The position numbers and the translations under genes are program-made. Below are positions 55,201 through 62,975 of a DNA stretch of 64,000 nt, in pieces. The notes below the pieces were generated by a model that saw only the letters and a program-made list of their open reading frames with translations, was not told the origin of the DNA and did no database searches. Numbering within the stretch: position 1 is the stretch's first letter; each line of letters starts with the position of its first letter. Location of the stretch: the NCBI GenBank assembly GCA_963782985.1, contig CAWALU010000011.1, positions 97,747-161,746 of the forward strand, given 5' to 3'. This DNA is from an uncultured Bacteroidota bacterium. GTDB taxonomy: Bacteria; Bacteroidota; Ignavibacteria; Ignavibacteriales; Ignavibacteriaceae.

Positions 55201-56081
55201 ATTCTTTTGCTGCAATAATAATTATCATTTTAAGCGCTCTGCTTTCCAATAAAATTTCCGAACCGATAAGGCGTTTAACCAAAGCGACCGAATCCGTTGC
55301 TCAAGGCGATTTGAGTGTTTACATTCAAAATAATGAAAAGGGTGAGATTAAAGATTTGTTGGAAGGTTTTAATTCGATGACGAAGGAGCTTCAAAAAAAT
55401 CAAATTGAACTTGCAGAATTAGAAAGAGAAAATGCCTGGAAAGAAATGGCAAAGCAAGTTGCGCACGAAATTAAAAATCCGCTTACGCCTATGAAGCTTG
55501 CTGTTCAACAGCTGGTTATTGCTTATAAAGATAAAACAAAAAGTTTTGATTCTATATTTGATAAAGTTTCAAATACTATTTTAAATCAAATTGATAATTT
55601 AAATGTTATAGCATCCGAGTTTTCGCGGTTTGCTAAAATGCCTTCAATAAAATTGGAAGAAGTTGATTTGATAAGTTCGGTTCACGATATATCAAATTTA
55701 TTTTCCGATGAAAAAATTAAAATTGAATTAGATACGAATTTAAATTCGGCTTTAGTTGAAGCGGATAAAAATCAATTTAAAAGAACGCTAATTAATATGT
55801 TTAGAAATTCTATTCAAGCTAAAGCCAACCAAATTAAAATTTCAGTTGCGGAGATTGCAAACGAATTTGAATTAGTAGTTGAAGATAACGGGAGCGGTAT
55901 TCCAGTGGAAATACAAAATAAAATTTTTGATTCCAATTTTACTACCAAGCAAAAGGGGATGGGCTTAGGTTTAAAATTAACTAAAAGATTTATTGAAGGA
56001 ATAAATGGAAGTTTTTCACTCATAAGTTCAAACAGCGGCGGAACCATTTTTAAAATTATAATTCCAAAATTGAATAAATAA
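52245..56081 (+). CDS. Large multi-pass sensor histidine kinase (NtrY-like HAMP-HisKA-HATPase core with ~880-aa N-terminal sensor region)
   Basis: 1278 aa. HAMP 'PIRRLTKATESVAQGDLS', H-box 'AHEIKNPLTPM' (His codon 55464-55466), N-box 'RNSIQA', G-boxes 'EDNGSGIP' and 'GMGLGL'. Many TM segments lie between residues ~20 and ~880. Confidence 0.88.
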   Translation: MLRSILHKLKGDRKYFTIVFFILLLIFLSGIVTPFLIQRERNNWDEYLTKKISSIEASVNSIFSKKQNDLIGSSQDLKEKLSHVLKPGINSFGELITLVNENKYKEFSLEIFAPNGKLIAWNEKVAIPQEDVFPLERALGETYFYNKNLITYLSLVDTLLIENDQFYFAVSLPIEKHFELQNPYFDELNFTKDLSEKFLTQFQIAFNPFTSKSKDGRTYSFDLLNNKNNKIGVVKFFKPSLEISIRDLREHANTVQSIMVIIAFIFLGLGFKYDYQKINSRIFKFIFSAIYFSLFRVILFFVEFPSNIIGGSLSDPAYFSSAFAGGIVKSPIEFFVSAIFLLIIAVNAYRLISNYINENPYKPKSKLFYFAGIIFASTLFFLTMRGLSSAIRSVIFDSTLRYFKDPRLLPSAPSILMDLNILILGMGVLLLQLCLFLFLLSLNPKNEDKNFRKNFIFLFVSAQILGIVFLLLQNEPLITPLLSLFFITIIFILLFKIYTSPSGSIYNYIYASLAASIISITLLNFFNLQLEREALKTTAIEINRPNDNLFQFLVNDILSSSSNNPNITEQFARSSSNFDAMAFIIWSNSSLQKESLNSQINIYDSKQNLIGKFAVGISNDFSPLNYFSNISSSEPAIKEIVANGNKRQKIYCGIIPIKDREHILGYISASILFDIQNLGGGNIPDFIESKKNIINSVVNLRLLKIFEFEHSKLKDVYGDIYPSREQTEPILKTRFSAENDSWMDLTLNGENYLTYILKTQQDDAEKITSVSLRSKRLTWNLFNFFKLFIIHSIFIAALSLIIILFNIRNIKYTFRSRLLLSFLFISIIPVIILAAYNRQIVQQRSEEAIFNELNERAQYLENHVKVQLEKYKARGYTQAFENAGKELGISFGVYDGADQIFNSKAQYYSSGLFTSKLNPEAYYQLSYLSYREYFAREQIENYFYNAFYKKLSIGDKQFIVGVNDAFNKVRLTFSTLDIDVFLFGVYSFAAIIIIILSALLSNKISEPIRRLTKATESVAQGDLSVYIQNNEKGEIKDLLEGFNSMTKELQKNQIELAELERENAWKEMAKQVAHEIKNPLTPMKLAVQQLVIAYKDKTKSFDSIFDKVSNTILNQIDNLNVIASEFSRFAKMPSIKLEEVDLISSVHDISNLFSDEKIKIELDTNLNSALVEADKNQFKRTLINMFRNSIQAKANQIKISVAEIANEFELVVEDNGSGIPVEIQNKIFDSNFTTKQKGMGLGLKLTKRFIEGINGSFSLISSNSGGTIFKIIIPKLNK

Positions 56082-56088
56082 AAATTTA

Positions 56089-59000
56089 ATGTCTTTATTA
56101 ACTCCACATCAGCAGGCGGCGCTAAATTATCAAAAGCACACATCACTAACAGCCAATGCTGGCTCCGGCAAAACTTTTGTTTTGTCAAGACGGTTTATTG
56201 AAATTATTTTAAATGAAAATATTTCTTTAAGAAATATTGCCGCAATAACTTTTACAGAAAAAGCGGCAAGCGAGCTTTATAAAAAAATTGCTTTACTGAT
56301 TGACGAAAGAATTAAAGAATCAAATGACGAAGTAATAAAAAAGAAATTAGAAATTTACCGGCGTCAGCTTGTCTCCGCAAACATTTCAACCATTCATTCT
56401 TTTTGTATTGATATTTTAAGAGAGTATCCCGTTGAAGCAAATATAGACGCAAACTTTACGCCTATTGATGAGCAGCTCTCAACTGAGTTGATTGAACTTT
56501 CAGTTGAAGAATTAATTAAACAATCATTTAATTTTCCCGATGAAGAAGAAAAGCTTAAATATTTAATTAGAATATTTTCATCTAAAAGTTCTTTTGCGCG
56601 CGAGCTCATTAAACTTATTAAATTTAGAAAAAAAGTTATCGGAATTTCTGAAAGCATTTATTCAAAAGATGAAAATGAAATTGCAAAATTTTTTAACGAG
56701 CAGTTTCATCTATTCGCTGAAAAAATTCTTTTGATGAATATAGAATCTTTAGCGGGCGCTTTGACTGAAATTAATAATGCAGTTCTTCAAACTAAACCTG
56801 AAAACGAAATCGCCATAAATGCAGCATCGGCGCTTGAAAAATTAAAAATTGAAACGAGTTATAAAAAATTATTTTTACTTTTAAGCGAAGTGAAAAATTT
56901 AATGTTTACTAAAACGATTACAATTTGTTCGCGGGGATATTTAAATGATAAGTCTGAAAGGGAATACTTATCGGCTCAAATTTTATTTTGCCAAAATGCT
57001 TTTAATGATTTAAAAAATATTTTAAGCATCGAAGAAAATAAAGAGGTTGAAATTGAACTGGCAAAATTTGGAAAAACTATAATTCATTTTTTTAAAAAAG
57101 GATTGGAAATTTATTCTTCAAAAAAAAATGAATTAGGCTATTTAGATTTTGAAGATATTTTGCTTTTAACGCAAACTCTTTTGAAAAAAGAAACCGTCCG
57201 CGAAAACTTATCGCAAAAATATAAGTACATAATGATTGATGAATATCAGGATACAAATGAAATTCAGTATGAAATATTTTTACCAATTTTAGATTATTTA
57301 AAAACCGGAAATCTTTTTGTAGTGGGGGATGAGAAGCAAAGCATTTATATGTTCCGCGACGCCGACCTTGCTGTATTTACCAAAACAAAAAATGAAATTG
57401 AAACGAGTTCCGGCAAAGACAGGCTGCTTTCTTTGCCCGATAGTTTTAGGATGGCGCCGATACTTTGTTTGTTTACTAACGTTTTGTTTAAAAATCTTTT
57501 TGCAAGCCCCGACAATATTTTTAATGAAGTTGACCATGCAGATTTAATTTGCGCGCGTAATGATGAAGTAAGTGGAAATATAGAAATATTAATTCCGGCA
57601 AATGATGAAAACGATGAAAGCATTATAAGCGAGGCAGAATTAATTTCGCGGAAAATTATAAGTCTTATTAATAATTCGATCGAAAAAGTAAGCTGGAAAG
57701 ACATTGCTATTCTTTGCAGAAAAAGAAAATCATTCAGCGAACTTGAATCTGTTTTTGTTCAGCATAAAATTCCGTTTATAATTGTTGGCGGAAAAGGTTT
57801 CTATCAGCGGCAGTCAATTTATGATATATACAATTACTTTTCTTTTCTACTTGATAGTGAAAACGATACCGCTCTCGTGGGCATTCTTCGCTCTCCTTTT
57901 TTTTCAATTTCTGATTCTGAAATATTTGAAATTTCTTTAGTTGACTCGCAAACACTTTGGCTAAAGCTGATTGAATATTCAAAATTAAAAAGTAAGCATT
58001 TAAATGCCGTAAAAATTTTAATGGAGAATATTGAACTAGCAAAAAATCAGGATATTAATTTTTTGCTGAGAAGAATTCTTAATGAAACTGCCTATCTCAC
58101 CGTCATTTCATCGCGATCAAACAGCAGACAAGAAATCGCCAACATAGAAAAACTTAAAAAACTTACTATCAACTTTAGCAGACAAGGCTTTAAAACGCTT
58201 TATGATTACGTTTATTTTTTAAAAGATTCTATTGAACAAATGGAAGATGAGTCGCAGGCGTCGGTTGCAGATGAGACCAATTCAATAAAAATAATGACGC
58301 TTCATCAGGCAAAAGGATTGGAATATCCGGTTATATTTTTATATCACTGCGATGAAACGCCGCAGCGCGATACCGTAAAAAGTAAAGCTGTTACAGTTGA
58401 TAAAAATTTTGGACTGCTTTCAAAAATTCCCGATAGCGCTAATTATTTTTCTGAATATAAATCAGCGCCCATCGTAAGTATTTATGATTTTATTTCTTCC
58501 AAAAAAAATCTGGCTGAAGTTAAAAGACTTTTTTATGTTGGAATAACCCGCGCAAAAAATTCATTATATATTTCTGCGTCTTACGTTAAAGATTTTAATT
58601 ACGATAAAGAATCTTTTATGGGATTGCTGAAGTCAGGATTAAATATTGATTTTTCTTCGGATCATTTTAGAATTAAAGAAAATTTAGATTATTTAATAAA
58701 TGTAAACGGAATTTATTCAAACTCAAAAAAAAATATAGAGATTCAAATTCCAATTATTAGGGAGATTGATGAAAATGAATTAGAAGAAATTCAAATTAAA
58801 AAAGAGTTTCAAAGTTTTAATGTTTTAACAAAAAATATAGATGATGCGCCTAAAGGCGAAATAATTTCCGCCACAAAAAGTTCGGTTTACAAACAATGCC
58901 CTTTAAAATATCATCTTACCTATGATATTGGTTTTACGACTTTAATTTCAGGTTATAAAAGTTGGCGGTTTAAAAATCAAAAAGAAGAAAAATATGATTT

Positions 59001-59697
59001 TAATTCTAAGGAAAATATTGAATCAGATATGCTGCAAAATAGTTCTAACAATATTTCGGCTAAACCTTTTGCTGAAATTAAAGGAAGCATAATTCATGAA
59101 ATATTACAGAAGGAAATAAGCCTGGATGACTTAGAAAAATTTGTCGATGAAAAAATAAAATCACAACTAAATATTTTTGAAAATAATTATGAAGCACGCC
59201 AAACTCTAAAAAATGAAATATTAATTGATCTTACAAATTTTTACGATTCATCTTCATTCAACTTTCTGCAGTCATTTAAAAATTATAAAAATGAATTTGA
59301 AATTTATGTTAAAGAGAATGATTATTATCTTTACGGGATTATTGATAAACTTGTAATTGAAGATGACAAAATTTTTATTCTTGATTATAAAACTGATGAT
59401 ATTTTAGAGAATGAAATTCCGCAGAGGGTTGAAAGTTATTTTAATCAATTGAAATTTTATGCCTATATTGTCAGTCGGCTGTTTGGGGAAATAGGTAAAT
59501 TTCAAATTCAATTAATATTTATAAAATATCCAAATAAAATTGCAGCGGAAGAATTGAATAGATCGGAAGTTGAAAAGTTCAGCGCTGAAATAAAGGAAAT
59601 GGTTATAGATATTAGAAATCAAAACTTCAAAAAGAATTTAGCGCATTGTGAAAAATGTTTGTTTGCATTAACAAATAATCAATGCATAATTAAATAA
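56089..59697 (+). CDS. UvrD/Rep-type SF1 helicase fused to a C-terminal PD-(D/E)XK (RecB/AddA-like) nuclease with Cys cluster
   Basis: 1202 aa. Walker A 'ANAGSGKTF', 'IMIDEYQDTN', 'VGDEKQSIYMFRDAD', 'MTLHQAKGLEYPVIFL', 'LFYVGITRAKNSLYIS'. The nuclease part has 'GIIDKLVIEDDKIFILDYKTD' and 'QLKFYAYIV'. Cysteines occur at 'YKQCPLKY' and 'HCEKCLFALTNNQC'. Confidence 0.88.
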   Translation: MSLLTPHQQAALNYQKHTSLTANAGSGKTFVLSRRFIEIILNENISLRNIAAITFTEKAASELYKKIALLIDERIKESNDEVIKKKLEIYRRQLVSANISTIHSFCIDILREYPVEANIDANFTPIDEQLSTELIELSVEELIKQSFNFPDEEEKLKYLIRIFSSKSSFARELIKLIKFRKKVIGISESIYSKDENEIAKFFNEQFHLFAEKILLMNIESLAGALTEINNAVLQTKPENEIAINAASALEKLKIETSYKKLFLLLSEVKNLMFTKTITICSRGYLNDKSEREYLSAQILFCQNAFNDLKNILSIEENKEVEIELAKFGKTIIHFFKKGLEIYSSKKNELGYLDFEDILLLTQTLLKKETVRENLSQKYKYIMIDEYQDTNEIQYEIFLPILDYLKTGNLFVVGDEKQSIYMFRDADLAVFTKTKNEIETSSGKDRLLSLPDSFRMAPILCLFTNVLFKNLFASPDNIFNEVDHADLICARNDEVSGNIEILIPANDENDESIISEAELISRKIISLINNSIEKVSWKDIAILCRKRKSFSELESVFVQHKIPFIIVGGKGFYQRQSIYDIYNYFSFLLDSENDTALVGILRSPFFSISDSEIFEISLVDSQTLWLKLIEYSKLKSKHLNAVKILMENIELAKNQDINFLLRRILNETAYLTVISSRSNSRQEIANIEKLKKLTINFSRQGFKTLYDYVYFLKDSIEQMEDESQASVADETNSIKIMTLHQAKGLEYPVIFLYHCDETPQRDTVKSKAVTVDKNFGLLSKIPDSANYFSEYKSAPIVSIYDFISSKKNLAEVKRLFYVGITRAKNSLYISASYVKDFNYDKESFMGLLKSGLNIDFSSDHFRIKENLDYLINVNGIYSNSKKNIEIQIPIIREIDENELEEIQIKKEFQSFNVLTKNIDDAPKGEIISATKSSVYKQCPLKYHLTYDIGFTTLISGYKSWRFKNQKEEKYDFNSKENIESDMLQNSSNNISAKPFAEIKGSIIHEILQKEISLDDLEKFVDEKIKSQLNIFENNYEARQTLKNEILIDLTNFYDSSSFNFLQSFKNYKNEFEIYVKENDYYLYGIIDKLVIEDDKIFILDYKTDDILENEIPQRVESYFNQLKFYAYIVSRLFGEIGKFQIQLIFIKYPNKIAAEELNRSEVEKFSAEIKEMVIDIRNQNFKKNLAHCEKCLFALTNNQCIIK

Positions 59698-59729
59698 TGT
59701 TTAGAATATTTTTTTGAAAGCTTAATTAT

Positions 59730-60197
59730 ATGAAAAAAGTCCTGACTCAAATAAGAGATATTGAGTTGATAGAAAAAGAATTAAACGCCAATTATGTTGG
59801 TATTGTTGCGCATTCTGTAAACGACGGCGAAGCCTTTCAAAAAGTTTCCACATTTATTTATTTAGATAAAAATATTTATTTCTTTTACAAAGATGATTCG
59901 GAATCCTACGATAAAATTCAGTTCGAAACTAACGCCTGTTTTACAGCCGTGAAGAATGAAAAAGTCAAAAGGAATTCTTATAAAGACTTTGTCCCTGAAT
60001 ATCACGTAACGGCTGTTTCAATAAAAGGTATAATTAGAAAAGTTGACGAGCAAAAAATAATTGATGAAGTAAGAAAAAATTATTTAAAGAAATATTCGCA
60101 AAACAGTTCTCTTGGCGAAGAAGAATTAGCTGAACTTTATAAATTAGTAATTATTGATACAGAAGAGATTCAAGCTTTTGAAGAATTAGGAGGATAA
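59730..60197 (+). CDS. Pyridoxamine 5'-phosphate oxidase-like (FMN-binding split barrel) family protein
   Basis: 155 aa. The size and the 'YVGIVAH...IYFFYKDDSESYDKI..NACFTAV' pattern resemble the Pyridox_ox_2 family. This is a weak assignment. Confidence 0.35.
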   Translation: MKKVLTQIRDIELIEKELNANYVGIVAHSVNDGEAFQKVSTFIYLDKNIYFFYKDDSESYDKIQFETNACFTAVKNEKVKRNSYKDFVPEYHVTAVSIKGIIRKVDEQKIIDEVRKNYLKKYSQNSSLGEEELAELYKLVIIDTEEIQAFEELGG

Positions 60198-60270
60198 TTT
60201 TTTTTCGCAATTTAATTTTCCCCGTGCAATCATCTATTAAATAAAAATAAAAAAACTTGGGAGCTTTTTA

Positions 60271-61902
60271 ATGCTGAATTATGTTTGGCTGGGTTTAATC
60301 GTTCTTGGAATCGGCGCTGCAGTAACAATTGATATTTTAAACCAATCACAAAACAAATTTAAAAATGACGAGCCGCTTCCGGTAACGATTTTATTTAATC
60401 AGCCATTTAATAAAAATATTGATAAAAGTTATAATGCAAATATTAAAATTGACGCTAAAAATTTTAATAAATTTTATAACGACAGTATAAAAACTGATTT
60501 AATATTTCCCGCAAAAATTTCTACAAACAAAAAAGAAAATAAAATAAGTTTATTTTTTAAGACCAATAAATCATCGCCTAAAATATGGCAAAACATGGCA
60601 AGCGTTACCGGCGATGAAGATGATTTAACTGGCAGCGTAACTATCTCCCAATCAACTATTGATTCCACCGCTTCCGCAAATATTATTTTGGAAGAAATTT
60701 CTTTTATTAAATTAAAGGAAGTTACAAATTCAGCTTTGGAATATGCCGGAACAGCTGTAAACATTTCTCTCGGGTTAATCGGAATTATGGCGCTTTGGCT
60801 GGGCGTAATGAAAGTTGCCGAGACCGCCGGTTTAATTAGCATAATAGCGAATTGGCTCAAGCCGATTACAACAAGACTTTTCCCTGATGTCCCTGCCGAT
60901 CATCCTGCAATGGGTTCCATGATTATGAATATTTCCGCAAACATGCTGGGATTGGGAAACGCCGCAACTCCGTTTGGCTTAAAAGCTATGGAAGAATTGG
61001 ATAAGCTAAATCCAAATAAGGGAACCGCCACAAATGCAATGTGTACTTTTTTAACTATCAACACTGCGGGAATGACTTTGATTCCGGCAACAGCCATTGC
61101 CATTCGTGCTTCTGCGGGGAGTTCAGAGCCGGCAATAATTATTGGTACATCGTTATTCGGCGCTGCGTGCGCAACTACCGCCGGACTTATTTCAGTAAAA
61201 ATTCTTGAAAAGTTTCCTATTAAAAAAGGGGAGTTTGGGAATTGGTTTAAAAGTAATTTAAAAGCTTTATTTATTTTTCTAGGTTTGGTTGCTTTGGCTG
61301 CAATAATAATTTTTACAGGAATTGGAAAAATATTTGGTTCTGTTTTTAGTTTTATTACGCCGGATTTTTTTAAAGGTATAATTCAATTCTTTTCAATTAT
61401 AGCTATTCCATTTTTAATTTTTGTTTTTATTGGATACGGAGCTTTGAAAAAAGTAAAAGTATATGAGCAGTTTGTCGAAGGAGCTAAAGAAGGATTTCAA
61501 GTTGCTATTAGAATAATTCCTTATCTCGTAGCGATGTTGATGGCGATAGGAATTTTTAGAGCAGGCGGCGCAATGGAAGGATTGATTTACGTCATTCAAC
61601 CGATTACAAATTTTATTGGAATGCCCGCGGAAGCCTTGCCTATGGCTTTGATGCGCCCGCTCTCCGGCAGCGGATCTTTAGGAATAATGGCTGAAATAAT
61701 TTCCGTTCACGGACCTGATTCATTCATTGGAATTTTAGTTTCTACTTTTTTCGGCAGCACAGAAACTACATTTTATGTATTGGCAGTTTACTTCGGCGCA
61801 ATCAATATTAAAAATACAAGACACGCCTTGCCAGCCGGTCTAATTGCAGACATTACGGGAATTTTAGCTGCGCTGTTTATTGTTAAATTATTATTTGGGT
61901 AG
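60271..61902 (+). CDS. Nucleoside-recognition (Gate) domain membrane protein, fused SpmA/SpmB-like
   Basis: 543 aa. 'MLNYVWLGLIVLGIGAAV' is a typical SpmA N-terminus. Two polytopic halves are present ('MNISANMLGLGNAATPFGLKAM', 'RPLSGSGSLGIMAE'). A ~130-aa soluble insert follows TM1. Confidence 0.7.
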   Translation: MLNYVWLGLIVLGIGAAVTIDILNQSQNKFKNDEPLPVTILFNQPFNKNIDKSYNANIKIDAKNFNKFYNDSIKTDLIFPAKISTNKKENKISLFFKTNKSSPKIWQNMASVTGDEDDLTGSVTISQSTIDSTASANIILEEISFIKLKEVTNSALEYAGTAVNISLGLIGIMALWLGVMKVAETAGLISIIANWLKPITTRLFPDVPADHPAMGSMIMNISANMLGLGNAATPFGLKAMEELDKLNPNKGTATNAMCTFLTINTAGMTLIPATAIAIRASAGSSEPAIIIGTSLFGAACATTAGLISVKILEKFPIKKGEFGNWFKSNLKALFIFLGLVALAAIIIFTGIGKIFGSVFSFITPDFFKGIIQFFSIIAIPFLIFVFIGYGALKKVKVYEQFVEGAKEGFQVAIRIIPYLVAMLMAIGIFRAGGAMEGLIYVIQPITNFIGMPAEALPMALMRPLSGSGSLGIMAEIISVHGPDSFIGILVSTFFGSTETTFYVLAVYFGAINIKNTRHALPAGLIADITGILAALFIVKLLFG

Positions 61903-61912
61903 AAAAGTGATT

Positions 61913-62866
61913 ATGAAAAAAGTTTTTATCACCGGGAATATTCCAGAATGCGCGGAGAATTTTTTAAAGAAGAAAAATCTATCCGTAGTTAAATTTCAGA
62001 AAGAAAAATTAATTGCTAAAAATGAATTACTGAAAAATGTAAGTAATGCCGATGCCGTAATTTCTTTATTAAATACAAAATTTGATAATGAAGTTATTGA
62101 TCAAATGTATAATTGTAAAATTATCGCCAATTATGCCGTGGGCTTTGATAACATTGACGTTGAATATGCAAAATCAAAAAATATTATTGTAACAAATACT
62201 CCCGATGTGCTTACCGATTCCACAGCAGATTTGGCGTTCACATTGGCATTAAGCTGCGCGCGCCATGTTTTAGATGGCGAAAAATTAATGCGGGAAAATA
62301 AATTTAAAGGCTGGACTCCAAAGCTGCTCCTCGGCGTTGAACTTAGAAATAAAACTTTTGGTATTTTAGGCGCAGGTAGAATCGGAACGGCAACGGCTTT
62401 AAGAGCCAAAGCATTCGGAACCAAAATTATTTATTACTCGCGTAATAAAAATATTGAATTGGAAAAACAAACATCAGCTAAAAAAGTCTCGTTAAATTTT
62501 CTATTAAAGAATGCAGATTTTATTTCTATTCATCTTCCCTTAAATAATCAAACTAAATATTTATTGGATAAGGAGAAGTTAAAATTATTAAAGAAGGAAG
62601 CGATTTTAATTAATACTGCGCGCGGGGAAATTGTTGATGAAAAAGCATTAATCAATATTTTAAAAGAAAATAAAATTTTTGCCGCTGGTTTAGATGTCTA
62701 TGAAAACGAACCGAATGTAAATCCCGATTTATTAAAATTAAAAAATGTAACGCTTCTGCCTCATCTCGGCAGCGCCACTGAAGATACGCGAAATAGTATG
62801 GCAATGTTAGCTGCAAAAAATGTTGCTGCGGTTTTATCAGGCAAAAAACCTTTAACGCCTGTGTGA
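61913..62866 (+). CDS. D-isomer-specific 2-hydroxyacid dehydrogenase (glyoxylate/hydroxypyruvate reductase or D-glycerate dehydrogenase type)
   Basis: 'GILGAGRIGTATA' NAD motif, 'LINTARGEIVDE', 'LPHLGSAT' (catalytic His). I prefer ATG 61913 ('MKKVFITG') to the track start at 61880, which overlaps the upstream gene. Confidence 0.82.
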   Translation: MKKVFITGNIPECAENFLKKKNLSVVKFQKEKLIAKNELLKNVSNADAVISLLNTKFDNEVIDQMYNCKIIANYAVGFDNIDVEYAKSKNIIVTNTPDVLTDSTADLAFTLALSCARHVLDGEKLMRENKFKGWTPKLLLGVELRNKTFGILGAGRIGTATALRAKAFGTKIIYYSRNKNIELEKQTSAKKVSLNFLLKNADFISIHLPLNNQTKYLLDKEKLKLLKKEAILINTARGEIVDEKALINILKENKIFAAGLDVYENEPNVNPDLLKLKNVTLLPHLGSATEDTRNSMAMLAAKNVAAVLSGKKPLTPV

Positions 62867-62975
62867 AAAAATAACTGCAAATGATTTTTTACTCAATATA
62901 AATGATACGGACTTACCTTTTAGTTGAAACTCAAAAACCTATTAGGTAGATTTAATTAATAACAAAATAAGTATT

